A stretch of DNA of 64,000 nt from Alphaproteobacteria bacterium (GTDB lineage Bacteria > Pseudomonadota > Alphaproteobacteria > Rs-D84): NCBI GenBank assembly GCA_017642585.1, contig JAGCOR010000026.1:7776-71775 (forward strand), written 5' to 3'. How positions within the stretch are numbered: position 1 is the stretch's first letter; every line of letters begins with the position of its first letter. Of the stretch, positions 41,563 through 50,114 are shown piece by piece. Made by a program: the position numbers and the translations under genes. Below the pieces are notes generated by a model. It was not told the origin of the DNA. It was given only the letters and a program-made list of their open reading frames with translations, and did no database searches.

Positions 41563-41793
41563 AAAAAATCCTTTTTGTTTTTCTTGTAAAAAATTACGCC
41601 AAAACGGCAACATATTTTGAAAAATGGTTATACGAAAAATCGCGCCATAAAACAAAATTCAAAAGTCAGGGTCCACAAAATGGATTATCCAATAAAAGAT
41701 TCAGTCAGACACAAAATCTGACTGAAAATTTTATCAAAAAACCCCAAAACACTTATGCTTTGGGGTTAAAAATGATACATAATTAATGTATTA

Positions 41794-42114
41794 TTATTTT
41801 TTCTTTGCAACTTTTTTTGCAGGTTTTTTTGCAGCAACTTTTTTTGCAGGAGCTTTTTTAGCAACTGGTTTTTTTGCTACAACTTTTTTTGCAGGAGCTT
41901 TTTTAGCAACTGGTTTTTTTGCAACAACTTTTTTTGCAGGTGCTTTTTTAGCAACTGGTTTTTTTGCTACAACTTTTTTTGCAGGTGCTTTTTTAGCAAC
42001 TGGTTTTTTAACTGCAACTTTTTTTGCAGGTGCTTTTTTTGCTGCTGGTTTTGCAGCTACTTTTTTAGCAGCTGGTTTTGCGCAAGCACATTTTTTCTTA
42101 GAACCAAAGAACAT
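41794..42114 (-). CDS. lysine/alanine-rich histone H1-like repeat protein
   Basis: 106 aa, about 45% Lys, with repeating KKAPAKKVVAKKPVA units; strong AAGGAGA Shine-Dalgarno 6 nt before the ATG. Confidence 0.6.
   Translation of the reverse strand: MFFGSKKKCACAKPAAKKVAAKPAAKKAPAKKVAVKKPVAKKAPAKKVVAKKPVAKKAPAKKVVAKKPVAKKAPAKKVVAKKPVAKKAPAKKVAAKKPAKKVAKKK
41812..42070. repeat. 45-bp tandem repeat, ~4.5 copies (coding; encodes the 15-aa KA repeat)
   Basis: Unit GCAGGAGCTTTTTTAGCAACTGGTTTTTTTGCTACAACTTTTTTT repeated at 41846, 41891, 41936 and 41981 with 1-2 substitutions per copy. Confidence 0.75.
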
Positions 42115-42218
42115 AATTCTCTCCTTTTAAGTTTTTGGATAGAACAAAATTATTTTGTTCATACTTTTATTTTATATGAATTAAATAAAATAGTAAAGAA
42201 TAAAAGTTAAAAATTATG

Positions 42219-42875
42219 TTATGAATATAATTTTTTAAATCCGTTTTCTATTTTTCTTACATACTCCGGATCTTGATCACGCCAATATTTTGGATTCTTC
42301 ATCATGTTGCGTAATTCATCATCAGTTAAATTTTCATCACCACTTTTGTTTGTAAAAACTTCTGGTTCCATTGATTGCATCATCTTGTATATGCCTTGAA
42401 TTCCCTGGGGTGTAGAGCATAGTTCATCAAACGCAGATGCAGGTAAAAACTTTTCACCAAATGCATTTATCTCTTTCAATGCATCATTCATTTTTTGTGT
42501 TGAACCAAAAAAATTTTTTAATTCATTTATTGCATTTGTTTCATTTTGCATTTCAAATAAATTTTTTATCGCAGGTTGTAAAAAATCTTCTGCAATTTGA
42601 TAAATTGTTTCAACTTGTTTTGATGTTAAACCAATTTCATGAAATTTTTCACGCACCGATTCGTCATCAAATAAACTGTTTGTTGGATATTCTGATGCGT
42701 TATCCGGTACACCAATTGCGCGATTAAATTTTTGTTTAGTTGAATCATCACTATCCGCAGATGGTACAGATATCATCGTTCCCATCTTTTTTTCTAATTC
42801 ACAATACGATTTAATCAACGCAGATGTATTTAATTCACCATTTTCATTTAGAAATTTTTCTGGAACCTGTTCCAT
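42219..42875 (-). CDS. capsid scaffolding protein (T7 gp9-like)
   Basis: Acidic; C-terminal ELRNMMKNPKYWRDQDPEYVRKIENG versus recalled T7 gp9 SEMIKAMSDPRYRTDANYRRQVEQKV; position upstream of capsid. Confidence 0.55.
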   Translation of the reverse strand: MEQVPEKFLNENGELNTSALIKSYCELEKKMGTMISVPSADSDDSTKQKFNRAIGVPDNASEYPTNSLFDDESVREKFHEIGLTSKQVETIYQIAEDFLQPAIKNLFEMQNETNAINELKNFFGSTQKMNDALKEINAFGEKFLPASAFDELCSTPQGIQGIYKMMQSMEPEVFTNKSGDENLTDDELRNMMKNPKYWRDQDPEYVRKIENGFKKLYS

Positions 42876-43065
42876 TGTTTTTTCCTTTTGTTGAAGATTC
42901 TTGTTTCAAAAAATAGATACCACCCAACATAAAAATTGTTTGCAACATTGAAAAGATATCTTGTTCCCCAATTAAATAAGCACCTATGGCAGAAATTATT
43001 CCAACACTTGAAACGACATAGGTTTTGCGCCCTTTCAAATATCCGCCATTTATAAATTTGTTCAT
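42844..43065 (-). CDS. small membrane protein (hypothetical)
   Basis: 73 aa ORF with one predicted TM helix; overlaps the scaffold start by 32 nt. Confidence 0.3.
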   Translation of the reverse strand: MNKFINGGYLKGRKTYVVSSVGIISAIGAYLIGEQDIFSMLQTIFMLGGIYFLKQESSTKGKNNGTGSRKISK

Positions 43066-43085
43066 AAAAATTCCTTTTGTGTAAT

Positions 43086-43532
43086 TTATAAATAAAATAA
43101 GATATCATCTATCTCTGCAATATAACCACGTGACATGGCCCATTGTGGCATAACATCTGTGTGATGAAATTTAGTAGCACCAAAAACCAAATCTCGCAAA
43201 GCGCCATTCATCATTTTTTGAACAACGCGTAAACACATTTGAAATTTTTTATCTTTTGCATTTACATTTAATAAATGATTTCGTTTTGAATTATCATTTA
43301 ACACTTCAAAAATATTTGCATCATTCGCAATATCTTCAAAAGATTTATCATATTTTATATGTATGTTATAAATCATAGAAGAAAAAGCTTCGACCAAATG
43401 CAGAGATTGTGCCAAAGTTTCTGCGTAAACAATGCGCGATAGTTTATATAATACAATTTTTGTATTATCCGGATTTTCAATCAAAGTTAATTGCATGTTA
43501 AGACCTGTTTGGGTTATAAAAAAAACGCACAA
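43086..43532 (-). CDS. hypothetical protein (first gene of the phage-like operon)
   Basis: 148 aa ORF with no motif. Confidence 0.35.
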   Translation of the reverse strand: MCVFFITQTGLNMQLTLIENPDNTKIVLYKLSRIVYAETLAQSLHLVEAFSSMIYNIHIKYDKSFEDIANDANIFEVLNDNSKRNHLLNVNAKDKKFQMCLRVVQKMMNGALRDLVFGATKFHHTDVMPQWAMSRGYIAEIDDILFYL

Positions 43533-43645
43533 AAAATGTGCGTCATGGAACCAGAATAAAAAAAATCCGCATCTAAATCGCGGACAGAATCTTTATTCTT
43601 GATGTTCATCATTATATCACAAATCGACTATAAAGTCAAGACCAT

Positions 43646-44326
43646 TTACAAACTGATTTCATCACTGTATGTCAAAATATATTTAGTATCATCGCGTAAT
43701 ACCAACGCACCATCATCATTTAAACCTATCAATTCCATTGGTTTCCCGTGATATGTAATGATTTTATTTATTCGTGTTGCCAATTCCATCCAACGATTTT
43801 TCACAACGCAAAAATCTGCATCATACCATTTATCAATTTTCTTCATCAATACACCAAACACATCTTCCACAGAAGTTTCCACATAATCATTTACTTTTGT
43901 AGTTTGATATTCTTTTACTGTTGGACATGTTTTCACATTTATACCAATTCCTATGATTACAAAATTTTGTGCGTATTCGATTAAAATGCCACTGATTTTT
44001 TTATCATCGACCAAAATATCATTAGGCCATTTGATTTGGGGTTTAATTCCAAAACTGATTAAAGTTTCTGCCACAGCAACAGCCATAGTATAAGATAACT
44101 TTGGATTACGTTCATAAATTTTGAAAATAAAACTGGCATACAGATTCCCAGTGTGCGAAACCCAACTACGTCTGTATCTGCCCCGCCCCATTGTTTGTGC
44201 AGTAGCAACTATCACCGTTTTATTCGTGGCTGTGCCATCTGCAATTAATTGCAACGCATAATTTTGCGTACTGGGTATTTTATCCAAAGAAATCAGTTTA
44301 TATGCGTCCAATTTTATATTTCCCAT
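43646..44326 (-). CDS. birA: biotin--[acetyl-CoA-carboxylase] ligase
   Basis: BPL_LplA_LipB catalytic domain motifs (QTMGRGRYRRSW, GIGINV); 226 aa with no DNA-binding N-domain. Confidence 0.85.
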   Translation of the reverse strand: MGNIKLDAYKLISLDKIPSTQNYALQLIADGTATNKTVIVATAQTMGRGRYRRSWVSHTGNLYASFIFKIYERNPKLSYTMAVAVAETLISFGIKPQIKWPNDILVDDKKISGILIEYAQNFVIIGIGINVKTCPTVKEYQTTKVNDYVETSVEDVFGVLMKKIDKWYDADFCVVKNRWMELATRINKIITYHGKPMELIGLNDDGALVLRDDTKYILTYSDEISL

Positions 44327-44759
44327 TTATGTTTTTTATAAAATCGTGTCCGTATTTTTTTCTTAATTGATAAACAGCAGTTTCCACAGCATGAGTTGTA
44401 ACCCCGGGCATTACCCCCAAAGCATTTTTCAATTCGTTCATTGTAATACCGGGATTTTTATATAATAAGACAACTATTTTATGCTGCAAAGTTGGCAAAA
44501 CAATATCATTATCGCCAAAAACATCTTTGATAATATCTTGGTTATTCAAACAATCCAATATAATCTTCTGTAAATCGACAACAGAAATGGGTGCTTTTAT
44601 GTCGATATCATCCAATACCACATCAGCAATATTTGGATTATCGACAAGAACAGCACCCAAATCAGTCAAAATATGATTCCAACAAATATCAGACGTATAA
44701 ATCTTTATATTTTCCAACATGATTTCACAATACCCCATAAACAGGCTTTGTGCAACCAT
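44298..44759 (-). CDS. putative winged-helix (OmpR/PhoB C-terminal-like) DNA-binding protein
   Basis: C-terminal LLYKNPGITMNELKNALGV...THAVETAVYQLRKKYG resembles Trans_reg_C; no receiver domain. Confidence 0.4.
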   Translation of the reverse strand: MVAQSLFMGYCEIMLENIKIYTSDICWNHILTDLGAVLVDNPNIADVVLDDIDIKAPISVVDLQKIILDCLNNQDIIKDVFGDNDIVLPTLQHKIVVLLYKNPGITMNELKNALGVMPGVTTHAVETAVYQLRKKYGHDFIKNINGKYKIGRI

Positions 44760-44768
44760 TTATTTGAA

Positions 44769-45011
44769 TTATAAAGTGTGGTCCGGTGATGGAATAAATT
44801 TAGTAAAATCTTCCAAAGATGCGCCCGTAGATGCCAAAATCTTAGAAATACTGTTTGTAGACGGCCATCTGGGTTGACCTTCTTTGGACCAACGTTTACT
44901 TCTGTTAAATGTTGTTGGATCTAAACCACTGCATCTGGCAAGGCCAGAACAAGACATATGATGTTCCGTTGCAAATTTTTCTATTGCCTGCCATACATCT
45001 TCATGAGTCAT
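44769..45011 (-). CDS. CI/LexA-type repressor N-terminal HTH domain protein (no peptidase domain)
   Basis: MTHEDVWQAIEKFATEHHMSCSGLARCSGLDPTTFNRSKR...RWPSTNSISKILASTGASLEDF: conserved N-domain of alphaproteobacterial S24-family phage-type repressors. Confidence 0.55.
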   Translation of the reverse strand: MTHEDVWQAIEKFATEHHMSCSGLARCSGLDPTTFNRSKRWSKEGQPRWPSTNSISKILASTGASLEDFTKFIPSPDHTL

Positions 45012-45156
45012 TTTATTTCTCTCCTATATTGGTTTTCCAATTCAACTTTCTAATCATAGTTGATTTTTTGAATAAATTCAACCTGTGTTTATTTGTTTCT
45101 TTTCCTAATACACAACCGGCCATAAAACAACCCAAAAAAATTTTTTGACAAAATAC

Positions 45157-45185
45157 TTGACAAATTGTTTTTTATGTATTACATT
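45157..45185 (+). promoter_or_regulatory. sigma70-like promoter candidate for the sRNA
   Basis: TTGACA (45157-62), 17 bp spacer, TACATT (45180-85). Confidence 0.35.
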
Positions 45186-45191
45186 ACGATT

Positions 45192-45390
45192 CGTCAAAGG
45201 GGAGATTAATTCCATTTGACCAGATGCCAAGCATCTGTCGGGCCCAGAGTTTTCAGACTCCCTCCTACATTCTCTCTCCTCTGGACTTTGGGCCCAAAAC
45301 ATGAAAGTTTAGGATGCACATTTCTTTTTCTCCTTTCCTTCCTTTCAGTGCATCCGAAAAAAATACCGCCAATTTGGCGGTGTTTTTTTA
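45192..45390 (+). ncRNA. candidate small RNA with two CU-rich (anti-Shine-Dalgarno) apical loops and an intrinsic terminator
   Basis: Hairpin CAGATGC-CAA-GCATCTG; stem GGGCCCAGAG/CTCTGG..GGGCCC enclosing CUCCCUCCU; stem GGATGCAC/GTGCATCC enclosing a 28-nt UC-only loop; terminator CCGCCAAATTGGCGG plus T7; no credible ORF. Confidence 0.4.
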
Positions 45391-45402
45391 TAAATTTTCG
45401 AT

Positions 45403-46221
45403 TTACTTTGCAATATGGACATCCATTTGTGGAAATGGGAAATGCAATTTGTTCTTTGGAAATTCTTTGTATATGGTTTCCAAAACCTCTGCACGCACAG
45501 GCCACAAATCTTCATATGTTGTCCAATAACGAATAGTTAATGTAACCGCGCTGTCATCCAACGAAGATAACAAAATCTGGGGTTCTGGATCTTTTAACAC
45601 ACGTTTGTCAGCTTTCAATATCTTCAGGGCCAATTTACGTGCTGCCTCTACATTATCTCCATATGATATAGCGACGGTTAAATCAGTTCTGCGGTTTTCA
45701 CCACGCGACAGATTGGTTATAACACCGTTTGATAACGCACCATTTGGCAAAAATAATACCTGGTTATCAAAAGTATGTAATTCAGTTGTGAATATCATGA
45801 TTTCTTTCACCACACCCATTTTTCCATCAGCTGTTACAATTGTGTCGCCAACACGAAATGGTTTGAACAATAATATAACCATACCGCCCGCCACATTTTG
45901 CAATGTGCCAGACAGCGCCATACCCACAGCCAATGAAGCAGCACCCAAAACCGCAACAATAGATGTCATTTGAACACCCAAAGTGGTCAAAATAATCACG
46001 ACTACAAAAAATTTCAACGTGATATTAAGAAATGATAAAACAAATGATGCCAACGAAGGTTCTACATTATGACGTTTCATTGTATAACGCAAAGAAGCGA
46101 CTATCTTCTTTACAACCCAGAAACCGATAACCCATATGGCAATCACAGCCAATATTTTCATACCGAAATCAGCAACCATATTACCCAAAGTTGTAATCAC
46201 AGAAGTCAATGTTGCGTTCAT
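45403..46221 (-). CDS. mscS: small-conductance mechanosensitive channel (MscS family)
   Basis: Three TM helices then the MscS beta-domain (FRVGDTIV...GMVVKEIMIF.T). Confidence 0.85.
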   Translation of the reverse strand: MNATLTSVITTLGNMVADFGMKILAVIAIWVIGFWVVKKIVASLRYTMKRHNVEPSLASFVLSFLNITLKFFVVVIILTTLGVQMTSIVAVLGAASLAVGMALSGTLQNVAGGMVILLFKPFRVGDTIVTADGKMGVVKEIMIFTTELHTFDNQVLFLPNGALSNGVITNLSRGENRRTDLTVAISYGDNVEAARKLALKILKADKRVLKDPEPQILLSSLDDSAVTLTIRYWTTYEDLWPVRAEVLETIYKEFPKNKLHFPFPQMDVHIAK

Positions 46222-46294
46222 GATATATCCTTTTGTCTTTCACACAGGAATATCTAACAAAAAAATGAATTTTTAATCAAGCAAAAATATAAAA

Positions 46295-47224
46295 TTATTT
46301 TTCAAACACTGAAAATATTTCCCAATGCTGCGAACCCACAAATTGATCCACAGGCATTGCCGTTGTCATTTTATATCCGCCCTGTTCCAATATTTCTTGG
46401 TCACGAATAAAAGTATTTGGATTGCAAGACACATATATAATCTTTTTTACATTTGATTTGGCCAGATTTTTAGATTGTGTCATTGCCCCACTGCGTGGTG
46501 GATCCATTATAACAACATCATATTGATTCAAGTTTTGAACCGTTAATGGCTTTTTAAACAAATCACGTGTTATACCATTACCAACTATGTCAAAACCAGT
46601 TGCATTTGTTGCAAATGTAAAATTCCCAATACCACAGAATAAATCTGCAACACGTTTTGCACCACCAACGTATTTCACGACCAAATCCCGCAAAATTTGC
46701 TCTGTTTCTACACAGGGTTGTAAAAACGCGTTTGGCGGATAATTCACAATTTTATTTTCAAATTTGATTTCAGGTTCTGCATATTTGCGAATTATTTTAT
46801 CGTTCCATATAAATCTGATTATATTGTTTGGTAATTTTTCTACCGCCTTTTTGAATTCCGCATTGCAATACATAACATCACAGTTAACAACAACATCTAT
46901 GCCGTTTTCGCATTTTGTTATCAAAACATTACCAGATGCAGACCAAGGTAATTTCGCAATATTTGGTAAAACAGAATTTATCTCGGGCACCACATTTATA
47001 CAATTTGTTATATCCACTATGTCCTTAGTTTTCGTTTTGAAAAAACCAAAATGTCCATCAACAAAAGCAAATTCAGCCCGTCTGCGTTTACCGTATTCAC
47101 CCCAAATCGCATCACCAGTAAATTTTATTTTTGGCAAAACGGACAATTTTTCATCGCGATATGAACTGGATGTAAAATCATATTTACAGCCACCACAAAT
47201 ATTCAAGAACGGACATGTTTTCAT
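46295..47224 (-). CDS. Fe-S cluster RNA m5U methyltransferase (RlmD/TrmA family)
   Basis: N-terminal CPFLNICGGCKY cysteine cluster; SAM motif DLFCGIGNF; catalytic MDPPRSG. Confidence 0.8.
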   Translation of the reverse strand: MKTCPFLNICGGCKYDFTSSSYRDEKLSVLPKIKFTGDAIWGEYGKRRRAEFAFVDGHFGFFKTKTKDIVDITNCINVVPEINSVLPNIAKLPWSASGNVLITKCENGIDVVVNCDVMYCNAEFKKAVEKLPNNIIRFIWNDKIIRKYAEPEIKFENKIVNYPPNAFLQPCVETEQILRDLVVKYVGGAKRVADLFCGIGNFTFATNATGFDIVGNGITRDLFKKPLTVQNLNQYDVVIMDPPRSGAMTQSKNLAKSNVKKIIYVSCNPNTFIRDQEILEQGGYKMTTAMPVDQFVGSQHWEIFSVFEK

Positions 47225-47295
47225 AATTTACCTCGCCAATATTTTAACACAATTTCTGTCTTGATTCCAAATAGTTTTGAATTTATCATATAAGT

Positions 47296-48114
47296 ATGAC
47301 AAAAGATACAGATAAAAAGATTGCTTTATTCGCCGGTGCATTGTCTCTGCCGTTTTTAACACGTGATGCGTTGCGTAAAAATGGGTGGGATGTGTATGTT
47401 GTTGGTATAAAGAATTTTTACGATCCAAAATTGAATCCAGATTTGGTTATTCGTATTGGTGGTGGCGGTCGTGCTGCCCGCGAATGTAAAAAACGTGGTA
47501 TTCACAAATTGACTTTTGTTGGGGCATTGGGACATTTGACCCCGTCAGACATAAGGCCTGATTTGTGGTCTATTTCTGTATTGTTAAGTGTATTAAAAAA
47601 TCAACGGGGGTATGATTCTATGGCTGTTGCATTTACCAAAGCATTGGAAAAACGCGGATATGAAATTGTCGCCGCGCAGGATTTGGCGCCAGAATTGACA
47701 TTTGAAAAACCGGGTATACAAACAAAAACAAAACCTGCAAAATCTGATATGAAAGACATAGAACGCGCAATCCAGGTATCACATACCATTGGGACGGAAG
47801 ATATTGGTGCATCTGTGGTTGTTGATAAACAAGTTATCGCTGTCGAAGCCGCCGAAGGAACCGCCCGCATGTTGGACAGGGTTGTAGAAATGCGTAAAAA
47901 CCGTAAAAAGATAGGTGGCGTTTTTGCAAAAATGACTAAACCAGGTCAAGATTTAAGAATTGATATTCCTGCGATTGGCGTTGATACGGTCAAAGCGGTT
48001 GTGGCTGCAAAATTACACGGAATCATAGTTAATGCAAAAACATGTTTTGTGATTGATAAACCTGCTGTGATTGCCGCCGCGAACAAGGCAAAAATATTTA
48101 TCCAGGCAATATAA
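47296..48114 (+). CDS. lpxI: UDP-2,3-diacylglucosamine hydrolase LpxI (DUF1009)
   Basis: 272 aa; pattern consistent with the alpha-proteobacterial LpxI family (recalled, not searched). Confidence 0.6.
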   Translation: MTKDTDKKIALFAGALSLPFLTRDALRKNGWDVYVVGIKNFYDPKLNPDLVIRIGGGGRAARECKKRGIHKLTFVGALGHLTPSDIRPDLWSISVLLSVLKNQRGYDSMAVAFTKALEKRGYEIVAAQDLAPELTFEKPGIQTKTKPAKSDMKDIERAIQVSHTIGTEDIGASVVVDKQVIAVEAAEGTARMLDRVVEMRKNRKKIGGVFAKMTKPGQDLRIDIPAIGVDTVKAVVAAKLHGIIVNAKTCFVIDKPAVIAAANKAKIFIQAI

Positions 48115-48123
48115 AAATAAAAT

Positions 48124-48152
48124 AAAAAACCGCCGTTATGGCGGTTTTTTGT
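48124..48152 (+). terminator. rho-independent terminator
   Basis: AAAAAACCGCCGTTATGGCGGTTTTTTGTT. Confidence 0.6.
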
Positions 48153-48164
48153 TATTCGTATTGG

Positions 48165-48497
48165 TTATTTGATAATTTCTTTAATAGTAACTTTGAATAC
48201 TACATCTTTACCTGCCAAATGTGGAACATAATCCACAGGGAAAGTAATGTTTACATCGCGTGTTTCACCAACTTTGGCACCAACCAATTGATCCTCAAAC
48301 CCAGGAACAAACATACCAGAACCCAATTTCAAATCAAAGTTCTGGGCTGTACCGCCTTCAAATTGTTCTTCGCCCAAAAATCCAGCGAAATCAATTTTAA
48401 CTGTATCTCCCAATTGTGCAGTATCCTGCGCATTGCTATCGCATCCCGTTAAAAACACAGCACCACACACGGCCATTGCCCCAAGTAATTTTTTCAT
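48165..48497 (-). CDS. FKBP-type peptidyl-prolyl isomerase lipoprotein
   Basis: Lipobox LTGC; FKBP_C domain (GDTVKIDF...GSGMFVPGFEDQLVGAKVGE). Confidence 0.8.
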   Translation of the reverse strand: MKKLLGAMAVCGAVFLTGCDSNAQDTAQLGDTVKIDFAGFLGEEQFEGGTAQNFDLKLGSGMFVPGFEDQLVGAKVGETRDVNITFPVDYVPHLAGKDVVFKVTIKEIIK

Positions 48498-48511
48498 CTT
48501 ATATCCTTTTG

Positions 48512-49054
48512 TTAATCGTTATAAACACATCTGAAACCATATTCGCGCATTGTTTCGCCTTCGGCTTCAATTCTGTAATCAAAGAAAGTTGTTGGGCGCA
48601 TCACTTCAGCGGATGGTCTGTCATAAACAATCACAATACTTTCTGCGTTACGGCCACAAACCTTTTTCATTTCGTAATCTGCAACTTTTCCTAAAATAGT
48701 TCTGGCATCCGCATCAACATCTGTACCTGCCGCATTTTGCATCAAACGCAAACGCATTTCACGAACACTGGAATCACCCAACAAGATTTCAACACGAACA
48801 ATGGTTCCTTTGTAATCTTGCCATCTAACTTCTTTTCTGGATGTATCCCAATGTTTTGCAATAGCTTCACGTTCCGCCATAGTTTTTGGCTTATACGAAT
48901 CGATTTCTGCAAATTCATTTTTTTCGGTTATATATGCGCTGGTCGTTTCTGTGTATGCTTCGCCGTCATCTTCGTTACTGGCATAGAAAGCGCCATTGTT
49001 GCACCCTGCCAACATCAAAACCAGACCTAACATATAAAAAATTGATTTTTTCAT
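48512..49054 (-). CDS. hypothetical lipoprotein
   Basis: Signal peptide plus LAGC lipobox; 180 aa. Confidence 0.45.
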   Translation of the reverse strand: MKKSIFYMLGLVLMLAGCNNGAFYASNEDDGEAYTETTSAYITEKNEFAEIDSYKPKTMAEREAIAKHWDTSRKEVRWQDYKGTIVRVEILLGDSSVREMRLRLMQNAAGTDVDADARTILGKVADYEMKKVCGRNAESIVIVYDRPSAEVMRPTTFFDYRIEAEGETMREYGFRCVYND

Positions 49055-49101
49055 GGTATTTTCTCTTTTCCTGTTTTTTATATTTTAACAAATAAACTTT
49101 T

Positions 49102-50097
49102 TTGATTCAAGCCACGATTTATGATAAAATAAAAATGATGTCGAATGTAGTATTGGAATCTTTATTAAAACCATTGGAAGAATTTTATTCGCCTTCGTTT
49201 GTCGAAGAAATCGCGATAAATCATGCGGGTGAAGTTTGGATGCGTCTTCATGGCGCCCGTGTTCCGTGGGTTGCATACAGTGCGGACAAACTATCTAAAC
49301 AATATTTGGTTGATTTAATTCATACCGTTGCAAATATTTATGAAAAACCATTTGATCCAATTCATGGCATACCTGTGGTTTATGCTACATTGCCCGGCAA
49401 TCACAGATTTTCGGCGATTGCGGGCCCAAATGTTCAATATGATGAAAATGATGTAACGGGCGGTGTCGCATTAAATATTCGTGGTGGAAACGCCGCAGAA
49501 ACCAGTTTTGAAAACTATCATCTGGAACGCGGTAAAAAATTATTAAAGGTTAAACCACGCGAATCGATTCGCCCTGATGACCCATATGACCGATTGATGT
49601 CCGCCATAAATGACGGCAGTCCTATTTTGATAAGTGGTGCAACTGCAACTGGTAAAACAACATTTTTGAATCATATGCTGACATTGATTGACCAAAACAG
49701 TCGTGTTATCACTGTCGAAGATGCTCGCGAAATTCGTGTTCCACAAAAAAATCGTGTTCATTTTGTATTGTCCAGAACTGAACAATCAAATGATTTTAAC
49801 TATGCCAGATTGCTTGATTTGGTTGTCCGTATGACACCTGACGTTGTCATCGGCGGGGAAATATCTACGGATAATGCATCTGTGCTATGGGAAATGTTGG
49901 GTACAGGACACGACCATTTTTATACTACAATTCACGCGGAATCTGCAGAATCTGCATACGCCGCATTTGCAGACAGAATTTTACACACTCAACCTGCATA
50001 TAACAGAACAGATTTAATCGCGGAAATGAAAAAGAAAATTCACGTTGTTCAATTATCGCGTGATGGTGCTCTGCGTGCTGTTACAGAGGTTGTTTAA
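49102..50097 (+). CDS. VirB11-family secretion ATPase (orphan)
   Basis: Walker A GATATGKTT; Walker B/Asp box VVIGGEISTDNA; His box GTGHDHFYTTIHA; ~330 aa. Confidence 0.7.
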   Translation: MIQATIYDKIKMMSNVVLESLLKPLEEFYSPSFVEEIAINHAGEVWMRLHGARVPWVAYSADKLSKQYLVDLIHTVANIYEKPFDPIHGIPVVYATLPGNHRFSAIAGPNVQYDENDVTGGVALNIRGGNAAETSFENYHLERGKKLLKVKPRESIRPDDPYDRLMSAINDGSPILISGATATGKTTFLNHMLTLIDQNSRVITVEDAREIRVPQKNRVHFVLSRTEQSNDFNYARLLDLVVRMTPDVVIGGEISTDNASVLWEMLGTGHDHFYTTIHAESAESAYAAFADRILHTQPAYNRTDLIAEMKKKIHVVQLSRDGALRAVTEVV

Positions 50098-50114
50098 ACC
50101 CAAGGGCAATAAAA

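Noticed and set aside
41812-42070. CRISPR array suspected from regular 45-bp repeats
   Set aside because: The repeats are directly tandem with no spacers, lie inside a coding frame with a strong RBS, and encode a periodic peptide. There are no cas genes nearby.
41786-42130. Plus-strand ORF encoding FFATFFAG repeats, antisense to the KA-repeat gene
   Set aside because: It is a mirror-image artefact of the 45-bp repeat. The minus-strand frame has a strong AAGGAGA Shine-Dalgarno and a biologically sensible K/A-rich product. The plus frame has no RBS and yields an all-Phe/Ala/Thr peptide.
43533-43645. Possible att site or direct repeats bounding the phage-like module (also checked at 30778-30800)
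   Set aside because: Only terminator hairpins for birA and the operon were found. No repeat is shared between the two borders by eye, so integration boundaries remain undefined.
45105-45536. Several 65-106 aa ORFs across the candidate sRNA region
   Set aside because: They overlap each other in different frames, lack RBS, and coincide with hairpins and a terminator. The ncRNA interpretation is more parsimonious.
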